A stretch of 64,000 nucleotides of DNA from Marsupella aquatica (Eukaryota; Plantae; Marchantiophyta): contig OZ316899.1 of assembly GCA_973895155.1 (NCBI GenBank), positions 1,015,573 through 1,079,572 of the forward strand, in the 5' to 3' direction. This document shows positions 12,582 through 25,800 of the stretch, piece after piece. Under the pieces are notes generated by a model. That model saw only the letters and a program-made list of their open reading frames with translations, searched no databases and was not told where the DNA came from. The position numbers and the translations under genes were made by a program. Numbering within the stretch: the first letter of the stretch is position 1; every line of letters starts with the position of its first letter.

Positions 12582-15193
12582 TGTGGCGCATTATCCAAGA
12601 CCTCTAACCCCAAGAACTACCTGCAACCAATCATAAACCACTGGTTTATGTCCGTCCTCTTGCCGTATGGCAACTATTTGGCTTGGAAACGCGATCCTCT
12701 CCTTCGATCCACACTTGCCAGACCGATTCTTTCACTGGGCTTGTGAATTGTGCACAACTAAGACACCTAATTCCTCTTTAACTTCTTCAGGTATATTTGT
12801 ATTCCACCCCTGGAATGTACCTCTACGGCTTAATTTCTTAAGCCGGCTGACGGTTTTTTTCAGACTGACTCAACCCACACTTCACCGACTAACACTCTCA
12901 ATCCTCACTTTTCTCTCAGAGTTTGATTGGGCAGTCTCCAATCAAGACAATGCGATTGTACTTTTCTCAACAGTTCACCCTATCTGACTTAAATCGATCA
13001 AGCAACAGATATCATAACACTCAACTTCTTGGATGGCAAGAATCTGCAAACTAGGCAACGAGGCCAACTCAATTCAAATAGTTGCTCAGAAATCCAAGGG
13101 AACTGGTGGTTTACTAATACTCACTTCCTGTGCTCACAACAATACAGATTTTACACTAGAGCCTTGACTAAGAAAACGACCCCCCTAGCCATGCTGCTCG
13201 AGTTTTTATCCTTGCAGCATGATTGAAAGCAGCGTGGAAATCCTACCCCTGCAATCCCTACCTGCCACCGTGATAATCCTTTTTATTTAACTAAAACAAA
13301 ACTAATCTGCCTAAGCCGGAAACCCGATGGATCCGGACCTCTAACACTAATCAAATTATTCAAGCCGTCAGAGCGCTACTTGCCCTGTCCACATCCTACA
13401 ACGGCTGCGCCCTCTTGGCCCAAGCCCTTCTCCTTCCGCCACATCCTCCTTCCAACTGACGATTGGCCCGCCTTAATTTTCAGATGACCGGTGGTAATCC
13501 TGAGCCGTCCGACTCTGCACCTTCCCCGTACTCGGCTTTGGCTGACTCCCCTCGACCACGTTCACTACAGCTTTGGGTTCGGCCTTGGCTTCATCCACAT
13601 CGGCAATGGCCTGGAGAGCTTTTGCCTTAACTTCCTCAATCCAAGCCTGCTCCCCAATGCGCTCGGTCTCAATAATCCACGGCTTCACGTTCTGGGCGTC
13701 CATAGAAGCAATACCATCATCTGAACCTGTCACCGCAGCTCCAAGTTGATCTGCAGTACTTACCTCTACCACAACTGCCTTTGGGGCCACAGTACCGCAA
13801 ATGTGAGCGGCCATGCTCTTGACTTCCTCTGGAGTGGCTTTAAGGGGCTTAACTTTATTATCGCCCAGCCCCATGAACGTCTTTGCCAAATCTGCCACCA
13901 ACTGCATGGCTTTGCCCCCAGTCACACTTGACAACAGTGAGCTCGGCTTTGGCTTCACTATATTTCCGCCTGCCATACTGCTGATGGGAAGCCTTTCAGT
14001 TGGTGACCCATATCCCACTTTGGCATACTTCTTCAATTTCTCCGTTTGATTATTGGCACGCCTCTGCAACCCAATCATCTTATCCTTGGCCTCCTCCAAC
14101 TCCTGAGATACGTCTTCAACTTCATTGTTAAGCCGTAGTATCTCAGCCTTGGCCGTCTTTAGCTCCTCATTTTAAGATCTGCACGATCTCCAACTCTTGC
14201 TTAGCTACGACTGCCTTCAAGGAGTCGTTGATGGTTTGTGACCTCCTCTTTCCATGCCTTCTTTGTCTTCTCTATATCCCCTGAAGCTCTTTGCGTATTT
14301 GCTGGGCTCGGCTTAGGTGATCATTGGCCGCTGTACTCATGGCGTCCTCATGTTTATCCCGCATGGCCTCCAGTCAATCAAGTAGCTTTTCATGCTTCCC
14401 TTGGGCTGCAGCCAAGGCCTTCTCACTCTGAGTGGTCTGGTCTTTAGCCGCCTTCCTAAGCCTATCAACTTGCCGATTAAGACCCTGTACCTCTTCCTTT
14501 GCATCGGCTAAGTCCCGCTGCACCTTTGTCAATTTCTCTTTAATCTGCTGGTTATCCAATTGGTAGATTTCCAATTGGTTGTGTGCCACCTCTAATTCTT
14601 GCTGCTTAGCCAAGAGATCCTGTTGTGCTTGTTGATCCACCCTTGATTTAGCCACCTCTGCTTCCATGCCGCAAAGCCGAGTGATCACTTCCTCCGTATC
14701 TACAAATGCCGTTTAGTGAATTCCCCACAATTGCACAAGCTCTGCTTGTTCTCTAGCTGCGCGCTCAGGCTCAACATCTTCATACGTAGGTATCAGCTGC
14801 CTTGCTTCTTCAAGCAAACAGCCCCAAAACTTCCCTGCCTGATTCACCGTGTTCATTCCACCGAATGCCAAGAACTTGTGCAATCTCCCAATCCACCACA
14901 TGCACTCGACTGACAGTCGCTCCTCAATGTCAAGACCATGTACACGAGAATGCAAAATGGCAGAGTATTGGTCTCCTCACTCTGAAGCCGCCACTTAGTG
15001 GTCTTTGTGATCAAGCATGGATTAGGTCATAACTCAAATCCCGCCGGATCTCAACGGTTGGATCCTTTCCCTTATCATCTAACACGTAGTAATCGGCATC
15101 GGTCTTTATTGTTACCTTATACTCTCTATGTATCCTTATTTAGCCATTATTTTAGGCTTAATTATTACTTCGTGATCCTGGCAAGGCATCACA
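12582..15193 (-). repeat. 5' LTR of the family B element (2612 bp) with decayed, internally deleted accessory ORF
   Basis: TGTGATG..CGCCACA followed by the PBS; ORF pieces 14713-14955, 14374-14688 and 13473-14099. Confidence 0.85.
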
Positions 15194-16607
15194 AGATAGC
15201 CCGGGATACCGGGGAGTTCATGGCTCAGAAGTAGCCTACTTCTTCAATCAAGAGTTGGTTACCGCAGTAAAGGCAGGTCGGGCTCAGTTGGAGGCCCTTC
15301 AGCGGATAGAGCGGTACCGGGTTGAGTTTGTGTACCTAAAGGATGAAGTTACGGCTCAAGAGGCTGAGCTTTTGCAACTATGACCCAAGGTTGCAGCCGC
15401 CAATGAGTTGTTAGCAAATGCGCCTTCCCTTACCGCCTTAGCCGAATAGGCCAAAGCCGGGAAGGAGGCCCAGATTGCACGGTTCCGGACCCAGGTTGAC
15501 AGTTTGAAGAACCAAACTGTCATCTGGCAGAAAGACCTAGAGGAGGCCGAAGAGCGGGCCTAGTGTGACACTACGGAGATTGCCACCCTGCAGGCCGAAG
15601 TGGCACGGATTCAAGCCAAAGCCGAGAAACAAACCCAGGTGGTGGACAAGCTGACAAGCAACTAGAAGAGGCATGCCAGGAGGCAGCTGAGGAGACGGAC
15701 GCGGCAAAGCGAGAAAATGAATCTCTGCTGGACCAAGTCCAGCTCCTCAAGGCGGACAACGATAGACTCTGTAGGCAGCAAGATGGCCGCTCCCACTCGG
15801 ACGGCTCTGGCAAGCGCACCAGACATTAGCAGAGGGTTAGGCTTAGAATAGACTTAGGAGTAGCTAAAACAGGCTGGTAGGACAAGTGCCGGCCAGAAGA
15901 TAGCGACGCTGACACATTAGCCAGCCTGTGTAGAATAGGTTAGACTAATAGGACAAGCAGGCACCAGCTTAGCAAGGATATAAGTTAGCATAGATTTGGG
16001 CATGAGGCCAGGCCGGTCCTCAGCCCTTAGTATTTAGCGGCCCCCCAGTAGAGGCAAGGGGAGGGGGATTTTAGAATCAGAGGTTAGCCATTCGCAATAC
16101 GCGCGGGGAGTCCCGAACTCGGTGAAGTACCGGAGTGCCAAGGGGAGGGTATACGACTAAGCTCATTGGGCGAGTGCGGACCCGGGCTCCGTTGTAGTGT
16201 ATACTCCTTGGCCTTGGGCCCGTTCGTTCACGAGGTGTCGGGTCAACCAATCGTAAAGTGTATGATCATAAATGAATGAAATCCTTTCTCCTTAATTCCT
16301 TCGTGTAAATCAAGATTTCTGTTATGTATGAATGCATGTATGAGTCTTGTGTGCAAGTATCAACGTCGGGCCAAACATGTTATGCCAACCGTGCACGCGG
16401 TGCCGGATATGGGTACGGGGTTGTGAGCCCGGGTTGAGCCCTTGTACTAATGGATCCGGATCAAAGGCGGTAACACGAAGGCTTAGCAGTCCGTGAGCCG
16501 GGGTTGACACCGTGTTGACTAAGGTACATTCCGGCAGCGGAACACAAACTATACCTAGGAGGTGTCTGTACATAACAGTAAGCGCACTTAGCGCTAGTTT
16601 ACGTGAG

Positions 16608-17375
16608 CCTTTGGAATTAGTAAGCGACCGTGGAACACACTTCCTCAATGACACCGTAGCACGGCTTACGGAGCGTTACCTAGTCAAGCACCGCAGGACT
16701 ACCCCGTATCACCCTAAAGCCAACGTGCTGACGGAGAGAGCCAATGGTATCATAGGGAAGATCCTCAACAAGACAGTGGCCGTGCACAAAACGGATTGGG
16801 ATGATAAGTTGTACGCAGCGATGTACTCGAATAATCTAGCTTACAAAACTACAACGAGTCATAGCCTGTACTTTCTCGTGTTTGGCCAATATTCGTTGGT
16901 GCCCGTTGAGTTTGAAGTACACACTCCATGAGTCAGCATTCGGGATCGCTTACCCAAACTTGAAAGTTCATCCGACCGAGCTTATCAAATTGAAGCCTTA
17001 GAAGAAGCACGGCTACTAGCAGCTTGGCACGCCGTAAAGCAACAAGCTGCTTTCAAGAAGCAGCACGACAAAGGACTACGGAAGGTCGATGTCATGACAG
17101 GCGATCTAGTCCTGTTGTACGATAGCAGGTACATGCAGTTCCCCGGGAAGCTTTATACCTGTTGGTTAGGGCCTTTCTTGGTCAATCAGATCTACCCTAA
17201 TGGATCTTTGGACCTTGCGACGTACGCCGGCGATTTACTCCCCATGCGAGTCAATTACGATTGTGTGAAGAAGTGCCACCATCAAGACGACGACGTCAAT
17301 AGTGATGTTTGCGAGGACGCTTCACAATTAAGCAGGGAGCTATGTGACATCGCTGGTACGGTGGCTAATAAATGA
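16608..17375 (+). pseudogene. Integrase C-terminal half of A2
   Basis: Close match to the integrase in 47832-50276, with in-frame stops. Confidence 0.9.
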
Positions 17376-20300
17376 TTCGGCCTAACCACGCTTAGCACGC
17401 GCAGTAGAGGTATCTTAGGCCGTAATTATTAGCATAAGGACAGTATTTAGGTAGCCATTATGAATAGCAAATCATTAGTCAATAAGGGGCGTTCGTGTTT
17501 GGGCTGGCGGCGGGTCGCTATTCGCACGCCTGGGTTGCGAGCGTGTAATGGGCCCTCCCCTTTCCCCCTCGGGTCCGTATAACAAACTTTGGGAGGCAGC
17601 CACTGACACGCACTGACCCGGACTGGCGGAGTGGCCGGTACACTGCAAGCGTGAAAGGCTCGGCCTATAAGCGATGAGGAGGCGACGGGCGATCAATGAG
17701 CTCTCAGGGTATAAAAAGGGGGCCGATCCTTTGTAGTGCACCAATTCTTCAGTCCACGCGCCAGCTTCGACCCTAGTTCTCTTGCTTATCCTTAGTCGCC
17801 TTCCATCTCCTCTGAATGTCGCACACAATCCTTTCTAGTTTGGCCATACGATTCTGGACGCAGTTCCTATCTATCGGAGGGCACTTGGCCAACTCGTTGA
17901 AACACGCCAACCCGCGATGATATGAGATCAAACATGAGTACAAGAGAGCCATTCGCCTAGCAGGCCGCCATCACTAACTCCTTAACTTTGATTACCCGTC
18001 CTAGAGCAAGCTTTACCGACCCAAAGAAATATCAGGGTACTTCTTCAACGGAGGCAAATATATCGGCTTCTGGGAGGCATTGCTTTGGCTCCCGAACGAG
18101 GTCTTCAATATCCTGGGCACGATTGACTTACATCGGCACCACTTTGACCACATCCCCGCTCGGGTCCGGGACATCATCAACAACGAGTCCAGCGCTACCC
18201 ATCTACAAGGGCGTCTACACTTGCATCAGAAAACCTCTACCGGCACCTACAAAATTTCATGGCAACTACACCATCGACCATCGGCGCCAGCCTAGCCATG
18301 CCCGTACCCGCACCAGTCCAGGCTCAGGCTCAGGCTCAGTCAGCCTCAACCTCAACCTAGCCGATCCCCACCGCCAATCGCCCCGCCACTACAAGTACGC
18401 TTCGTCGTCAATGTTGTGGACCTCAGCAACGACAAAGACGATACCTTACCCCTGCTCAGGCGGCCTAGAGGAGCAAGCACCCAGGGAGCCGGCACTACCT
18501 CGCCCCTTCCCCAGGCCCGGACCCGAGTAGCAGCTCCAGCGGATAACACGGTGACCGTAGCCTCCCCGGCCCCAATACTAACGGTGGTGGCACTACCCAT
18601 ACCCGATCAGGATGATGGGGAGGTGTCACCCTCCTCGAGCCATCACAGGAGCCAGTCTCGGGGAAAGAAGAGGAAGGAACCCGCAGCTGTATCCGGGCTA
18701 CCCATGGCCACGGTAGCCGCGGCCAAGGTAACAATGCACCGCATGGGGGAAAACGTGCATAAGAACATCCTCCACCCCAAACATGCGGTGTACTTGAAGA
18801 CTCAGGGGTTCGAGCACCTCGCCTCTCTCCCCTGGAACACCTGCAGATACTACGGGGAGGACATGACGGAGTTCATCAAGAATTATGACAATGTCCGTCA
18901 GCATACTCGGATGCGGGGAGGAGTATGTCCCTCACAGAGGAGCGGCTCAGGATGATCTTTGGGCTACCCAAGGGCAATCACCGAGTCAAATCACGGGCTC
19001 CCGGGGACAAGGGAGCCAAGTACCAATCCTCGAGTTTTCCCTCTGAGGGGTCAGTGGACAACGGGTTCGTGATGAGGACCTACCTCATCCCCGAGATAGT
19101 TGAGCGGCTGGAGTTCCAGAGGTACGCCCTCCACATGATGGAACCCCGAGGTGAGAACTCCGTTGCCCAGGTTATCCAGGTCGAGAACTATTGACCTAGG
19201 AAGTGGGCTTCATACTTTGCTAAGAAGTTCCATGAAGAGATGGAGTGGCAAAGGAAGTCACTATACATCGGTGGGAAGGCATATTTTGTGAGCCACATCG
19301 AGATCATTCTCGAGTGGTACGCCCGGTTTGATCGACAAACCCTTCCTCCGGTCAACGTAACTAAGTTGGTCCCGACTAAGTGGATCTTCCCAGCCTTGGA
19401 GAGACGGCCTCAACCCGAGGCCCAAAGTCTGGCGGCGACGCAGGCCTCACCCATCCAACCTCCACAGGTAGCGGTAGCCATGGCCGAAGAAGTACTGGAA
19501 GAGGCAGTGATGGCAACCTTAGACACAATCAACCAGGCCAGGCCTGGTGCAGAAGTCAGGGCGGTGGAGGCCTTGCCCAAGCCCGAGGGTCCAGAAGACC
19601 CACCAGTGGCTATTCTAGAGGACAGCCCAATGGTGGAGGACACTCCAGCCCCTTCCAACACTATATCCCTAGGGTTGGATGTCACTACCCCGGCTCCCAC
19701 GCGAGTTAACGTCTGCCCGTGCCCAACTCCAGATGGGCATAACCTGGAACACCCGGAACTCTTTGTACCGGGTACATTCTAAATGGGCTTTTGGGAGATT
19801 TCTCCCAACAGATAGCCCGGGATACCGAGGAGTTCATGGCTCGGAAGGTAATCTACTTCTTCAATCAGGAGTTGGTTACCGCAGTAAAGGTAGGTCGGGC
19901 TCAGTTAGAGGCCCTTCAGCGGATAGAGCGGTACCGGGTTGAGTCCGTGTACCTAAAGGATGAAATTGCGGCTCAAGAGGCTGAGCTTCTGCAACTACGA
20001 CCCAAGGTTGCAGCCGCCGATGAGTTGTTAGCAAATGCGCATGCCCTTACAACCTTAGCCAAACAGGCCAAAGCCGGGAAGGAGGCCGAGATTGCACGGC
20101 TCCGGACCCAGGTTGACAGTTTGAAGAACCAAACTGTCATCTGGCAGAAAGACTTAGAGGGGGCTGAAGAGCGGGCCCAGCATGACACTACAGAGATTGC
20201 CACCCTACAGGCCGAAGTGGCACAAATTCAAGCCAAAGCCATGAAACAGACCCAGGTGATGGACAAGCTGACGAGCAACCCCCAGCAACTAGAAGAGGCA

Positions 20301-21338
20301 TGCCAAGAGGCAGCTGAGGAGACAGACGCGGTGAAGTGAGAAAACAAATCTCTGTTGGACCAAGTCCAGCTCCTCAATGCGGACAACGACAGACTCCGTA
20401 GGTAGCGGGATGGCCGCTCCCACTCGGACGGCTCTAGCAAGCGCACCAGACATTAGCGGAGGGTTAGGCTTAGAATAGACTTAGGAGTAGCTAAAACAGG
20501 CTGGTAGGACAAGTGCCGGCCAGAAGATAGCGGCGCTGACACATTAGCTAGCCTGTGTAGAATAGGTTAGACTAATAGGACAAGCAGGCACCAGCTTAGC
20601 AAGGACATAAGTTAGCGTAGATTCGGGTACGAGGCCAGGCCGGTACTCAACCCTTAGTATTTAGCTGTCCCCCAGTAGAGGCAAGGGGAGGGGGATTTTA
20701 GAATCAGAGGTTGGCCATTCGCAGTACGCGCGGGGAGTCCCAAACTTGGTGAAGTACCGGAGTGCCAAGGGGAGGGTATACGACTAAAGCTCGTTGGGCG
20801 AGTGCGGAGCTGGGCTCCGTTGTAGTGTATACTCCTTGGCCTTGGGCCCGTTTGTTCATGAGGTGTCAGGTCAACCAATCGTAAAGTGTATGATCATAAA
20901 TGAATGAAATCCTTTCTCCTTAATTCCTTTGTGTAAATCAAGATTTCTGTTATGTATGAATGCATGTATGAGTCTTGTGTACAAGTATCAACGCCGGGCC
21001 AAACACGTTATGCCAACCGTGCACGGGGTGCCAGATGGGTACGGGGTTGCGAGCCCGGGTTGAGCCCTTGTACTAATGGATCCGGATCAAAGGTGGTAAC
21101 ACGAAGGCTTAATAGTCTGTGAGCCGGGGTCGACCCCGTATCAACTAAGGTACGTTCCGGCGGCGGAACACAAACTATACCTAGGAGGTGTCTGTACATA
21201 ACAATAAGCGCACTGAGCGCTAGTTTACGTGAGTTAGGAGCATTCTGTGCATCCCTCCCTGCCCAAACCCTCATATTTACGAAGGATGTGCCTGTCTAAG
21301 GTAAAGCCCGGGTTAAGGCCTAGGCTGACGACGTGATA
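17343..21338 (+). repeat. 3' LTR of A2 (3996 bp)
   Basis: Starts TGTGAC after AAGCAGGGAGCTA, ends GTGATA (mutated GTGACA); colinear with the 4002-bp A LTR. Confidence 0.9.
17816..20456 (+). pseudogene. Decayed orthologue of the 878-aa LTR ORF
   Basis: Starts MSHTIL, contains LKTQGFEHLASLPWNTCRYYG, ends ..SKRTRH*; several stops and frameshifts. Confidence 0.9.
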
Positions 21339-22883
21339 GCTGACTCCGACGCCGAGCTCCCTTATGGTCCAAGCCCGGATAGGCCATCCGGGGAGGACTT
21401 AGCATGGGGAGACTTGTGAGCAACGAGACGTGGCGCTAGGAAAGGCAAGGAGCCAAGCTGGTGACACACACTAAGGACTTGGACTAGCTGGGAGTTGGTC
21501 GGGTCAAAGGAAAATGGGCCAGGCTTAAGGACAACCATCTGGACTTCCAGATGGTCCTTGAATTCTGAGGGCTTGGGTGTGAGCTCCTCTTGGGCCCAAG
21601 GCCCATGGAGTTGATGCCATGGGCAACGGACGCTTGGGGTGCAAGTTATGGCCTGATCCGGGTTGGGCCGATCGGGGCCCCCCAGTGGCAATGAGACCTG
21701 AGGGCCTAGGCATGAGCACTGGGTCGGCCCAATCACAACAGGCTAAGGCACTCCGCTTGCGGACGCCTAACAAGAAAGTTATGGGCGTTGCCAGTTGGTG
21801 GCGTGCCCAGTATGTGCGATAGGATCCGGGTTGGAGGCCAAAAGTTTAGGGACCAAAGTTGGTCCGGGGGTGGCAGGTCTCCAGAAGCATATATGAGGGG
21901 AGTGGTGTCTCCCTAGGGGCTAAGGGCGAGCCAAAGTCGTGAGCCGCGGCGGTCGCGACACTAAGGGAAACCGCCAAACGGAAATGGCGATATCTTCCTA
22001 ATGGGAAGTCCATTGGAGGACTTCTTGGGTGCGTTGGAAAGCTCTCAAAGAGGGCTACCCTAAATCCTAAACGTCTGAGCTCAGATAGATCTGGAGGCAC
22101 CTTTGGGTTCTCGGGGTTTGCGGGTGTTAACTCGTCCGCTTGCCAAATCCTGCCGAACAGCAGCCAAGCCGTGTTTAGTCTCTCAAGGGAGCTTGCATCA
22201 GGGAGGCAAGGCCAAGTAGGTATGGAGGCTGAGTTCCAAGTGTGCTAGATCCCTAGACTGTCAGTGGGGCAAGTCGGGAGTTGGTTGCTAGAGGCGGGCC
22301 ATTCTGGTCCCAGCGTGTTGGGACAAGCTTGGGACAAGCTTTAGGACAAGCTACGCTACTTGGGCCATGAACATGTCTTGAGGTGAGGGCGGTCAGTTGG
22401 TGATGGATAGGTACGAGGGGGAACCCAGGCCGCACCCAAGGAAGGAGCTGTTTTGGACGAATAGTGGGCGTGGGTTATGGTTCCGGCTTATGGCATCGGG
22501 AGGACCTATCGCTGACCTATTTACCAACGTCTGTTGAGCTTGAGTTAGGATGCTAGACTTGGCGAGTTCTAGATCCTGAAGGGTTACTTACCGAGGTGCT
22601 TGGTTGGTTGTGTAGACAGTGAGGATCGTTGAGTAGCGGTCGTGTAGGTGAGCAAGCGTGGCTTCATATGGGGGGGGCCGCTGGCGGTGCAAGGGGCACT
22701 AGGGTGCTTGATCAAGGTATTCTGTGGAAGCATTTGGGCATGAGGGGCACTTAGGCGCGAGTGCTGGGATTGGTGAGGGCGCTGGGTGGCAAGGTCCACC
22801 TCCAACGTGGATGGAAGCGATGACGATGTTGAAGTTGAATTGGAGGAAGAGGGTCAGGACCAGAGGAGGAACTGATCGCAGCC

Positions 22884-25800
22884 TTGAGAGGGTTGGATGC
22901 GGAACCAGAGGATGATGTCGAGCCAAACGTCATTGTGGATAATTTGACCAAGCAGAACCAGGGCAATGCGGGTGATGCCTCAGTCCCAAGAGGTCATGGT
23001 GCTCACAAGACGCGGGTGGTGTCACCAAAATCCACGAGAGAACCTAAGGACAGGCGGCCCGCAAAAGAAAGACGGTTGGAGGACCGTCCTCATACAACCC
23101 GCAAGGGCCCAGCCGCTGACGACGGATTGGGTCCATTGACTCAAGACCAACAACTCATTTATGAGCAGTTGGAACACAACAAGGGGGCCCAGATTAAGTA
23201 CTTACTTAGTCTGGGTAGTCAGAGTGTGACGCATCCAGAGGGGGGAATGGTAGTTGGACGGAGTATGTTCCAAGTGAACCAACTACCAACTCCTCCAACT
23301 TACGACGGGGCCTATGAGCAAAGTGGACAAAAGTTCCTGAGTTGGCTCTCCACGATGGAGATTCATCTCCAGGCGTGTGTTGAGCGATCCACTTGGGCTA
23401 CCGCAGCCGCTCCTTACTTGAAGGACTATGCCTTGACTTGGTACAAGTCATGGAAGAAGTCGAGAGAAGACTCCTCCTTGCCATTAACTTGGGGAAACCT
23501 GGTTGAGGGTCTTCGTGCTCATGTCACCACTAAGTACCCAGAGCGACACGCTCAGAAATGCGTAACGGAGATGAGCTTTAGGGGTGATATCCAAAAGTTC
23601 ATCACTTATTACCAAAACCAGTTGGCATGTATCCCGGTGGGGCAAGAGACCCTACATACACAACTTCACAACTTTATAGTGAAGCTCCCGCCGTTGCTCA
23701 GGAAAAAGTTACAGGAAAAGCGTCACAAGTTCAAAATGCTTTCTGACGCCCTTGACAAGGCCACTACGTTAGTGAATAACTGACCGGACTTGGCGAAGGT
23801 GGGTGGCAAGGGATCCAAGGGGGAAACTGGAAAGCAAAAGGTCCCAAGAATAAGCGAAAGCAACTTGAGGGGGCGGGGGCCGGTGGTTTGGACCCCTAGC
23901 CCCAGAATGGAGAAGCTAAGCAAAACCGGAAGGCCGACAACTTCAAGAAAGGAACCTCATCGGCGCAAAAAGCAAAGAAGCAGGCACTCATGGAGCAAAG
24001 GCGGACGGAAGGTTCATGCTTCACGTGTGGTGCCATGGGCCATCAAAGTAAGGATTGTTCCACAAAAGGTGGCAAGCCAAGCGGAGATGGAGGGCAGAAG
24101 AGCATTAAGGTAAGTATCGCTCTAACCAAACACTTAGTAGCTGACAAGGTCCCTGTAGGGGATGTTCCTGCCGGAGAGAAGGTGTTGTTGCGAGAGAAGA
24201 TACCTAAGGTTAAGACAATGGATCCTGAAAAACTGATTTTTGTGAATGTCACTTCTAACGGTAATCTGGGTGTTGCTTTGGTGGATATAGGCGCGACCAC
24301 CTGCTTCATAAGTGGGCAGGCGGCAACACGTCTTGGGCTGGACGTGCAAGAGTTGCTACAACCGTTAGTGTGCAAGTTTGTCAACGACACAAATGGGGTA
24401 GTGTCAAGAGTAGTACATAGACTTTGAGTAGAGGTCATAGGCAAACAACAAAATTTTGTTAGTCAAGAGATGTTCTACGTTCTAGACGGTCTAGCCGTAG
24501 ACTTCATTTTGTCGGTAGGTTATCTCAGGAAGCACAAAGTTACCTTGAAATTGGGGGGTGAAGTGCTCCATTTTCCTAATAAGGGCGGTGAGCCCATCGT
24601 TGTACACGAAGTTACCAAAAATAAATAAAGATTTCTCAAAGCAAGTAAAGTGTTGTGGTTGTCTTCGTGTGTATCGGCAAAGCAATGGTGGAAAGACTTC
24701 AAGGGTGGACATGAATGTTTCTTCTTTCATCTCCACCCAACTAAGGAGGCTGCTTTCCAGCCAAAAGTCAAGTCAGCTAAGCTCGGGCTCGACTCCGGTC
24801 GAATTCCCAAAATTTTAGAGGAATTCAATGACGTGCTCTTGCAGAAGCTACCTAAAGGTTTACCCCCGCGGAGAGAAGTGGATCACCAGGTTGAGTTGGA
24901 GCCAGGTTTGGCTCCTCAGGCTAAAGCTCCTTGTCGTCTAAACCTGAACAAACGAATGATGTTGAAGAACGCCTTGGAAGAGTTGATCAACCAAGGGTTC
25001 ATTCGTCCTAGTAAGAGTCCTTATGGGGCGCCCGCGCTGTTTGTGTCCAAAAAGGATGGTACTTTGAGATTGTGCGCAGATTATCGGGCCCTCAATAAGC
25101 AAACGGTAAAGAACAAGTACCCGTTACCTCATATGGATAACCTCTTTGATTGCCTCTCTGGGGCTAGGAAGTTTTCAAAGGTGGACTTGCGGTCTGGGTA
25201 TTACCAGATCCGCATGGCTAAGGGAGACGAGTATAAGACCGCGATGCGCACAAGGTTTGGATCCTATGAGTTTTTGGTTATGCCGTTCAGGTTGTGTAAT
25301 GCAACCGCAACGTTCATGAAGATGATGAATACCATCTTTCATGACTTGTTGGACCAAGGAGTGGTCGTCTTTATTGACGACATCCTAATCTACTTGAAAA
25401 TGTTGGAGGAACATGAGCAGTTGCTCAGAGAAGTGTTCTCTCGCCTTTGTAAGGCTTGTCTCTTTGCTAAACCTAGCAAGTGCAAGTTTGCGATGAATGA
25501 GATTCAGTTCCTCGGCCATACCTTTACCCTGGAAGGGATTACGCCTAGTCAGGACAAGCTTAAGGAGATCAAAGAATGGGAGTGCCCGTCCAATGTAAGG
25601 CAGGTTAGAGCCTTCTTAGGATTTACGGGGTTCTATCAAAGATACATGAAAGACTATGCGAGGATCGTGAGGCCCCTAAACGCGCTAACGTTGAAAAACA
25701 AAGTGTTTGTGTGGACACAGGATTGCGAGTTAGCATTCCTAGAACTTAAGCGGTTAATGATAACGCCTCTGATTCTAAAGTTACCTGAGATGGGGAAGCC

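Larger units (their letters stand above)
5288..15193 (-). mobile_element. Decayed Ty3/gypsy non-chromovirus element, family B
   Basis: 5' LTR 12582-15193, PBS, gag-PR-RT-RNaseH-IN remnants in gypsy order on the minus strand, partial 3' LTR 5288-6124. Confidence 0.9.
15194..21338 (+). mobile_element. Family A subfamily copy (A2): 5' LTR remnant, integrase C-terminal half, full 3' LTR
   Basis: 15194-16607 repeats the distal part of 17343-21338; 16608-17375 encodes PLELVSDRG..EDASQLSREL; PBS, gag, PR, RT and RNase H are absent. Confidence 0.85.

Noticed and set aside
16601-16612. Splice-derived origin of the A2 LTR-integrase junction (GTGAGT donor in the full LTR)
   Set aside because: The junction keeps GTGAG, which splicing at that GT would remove.
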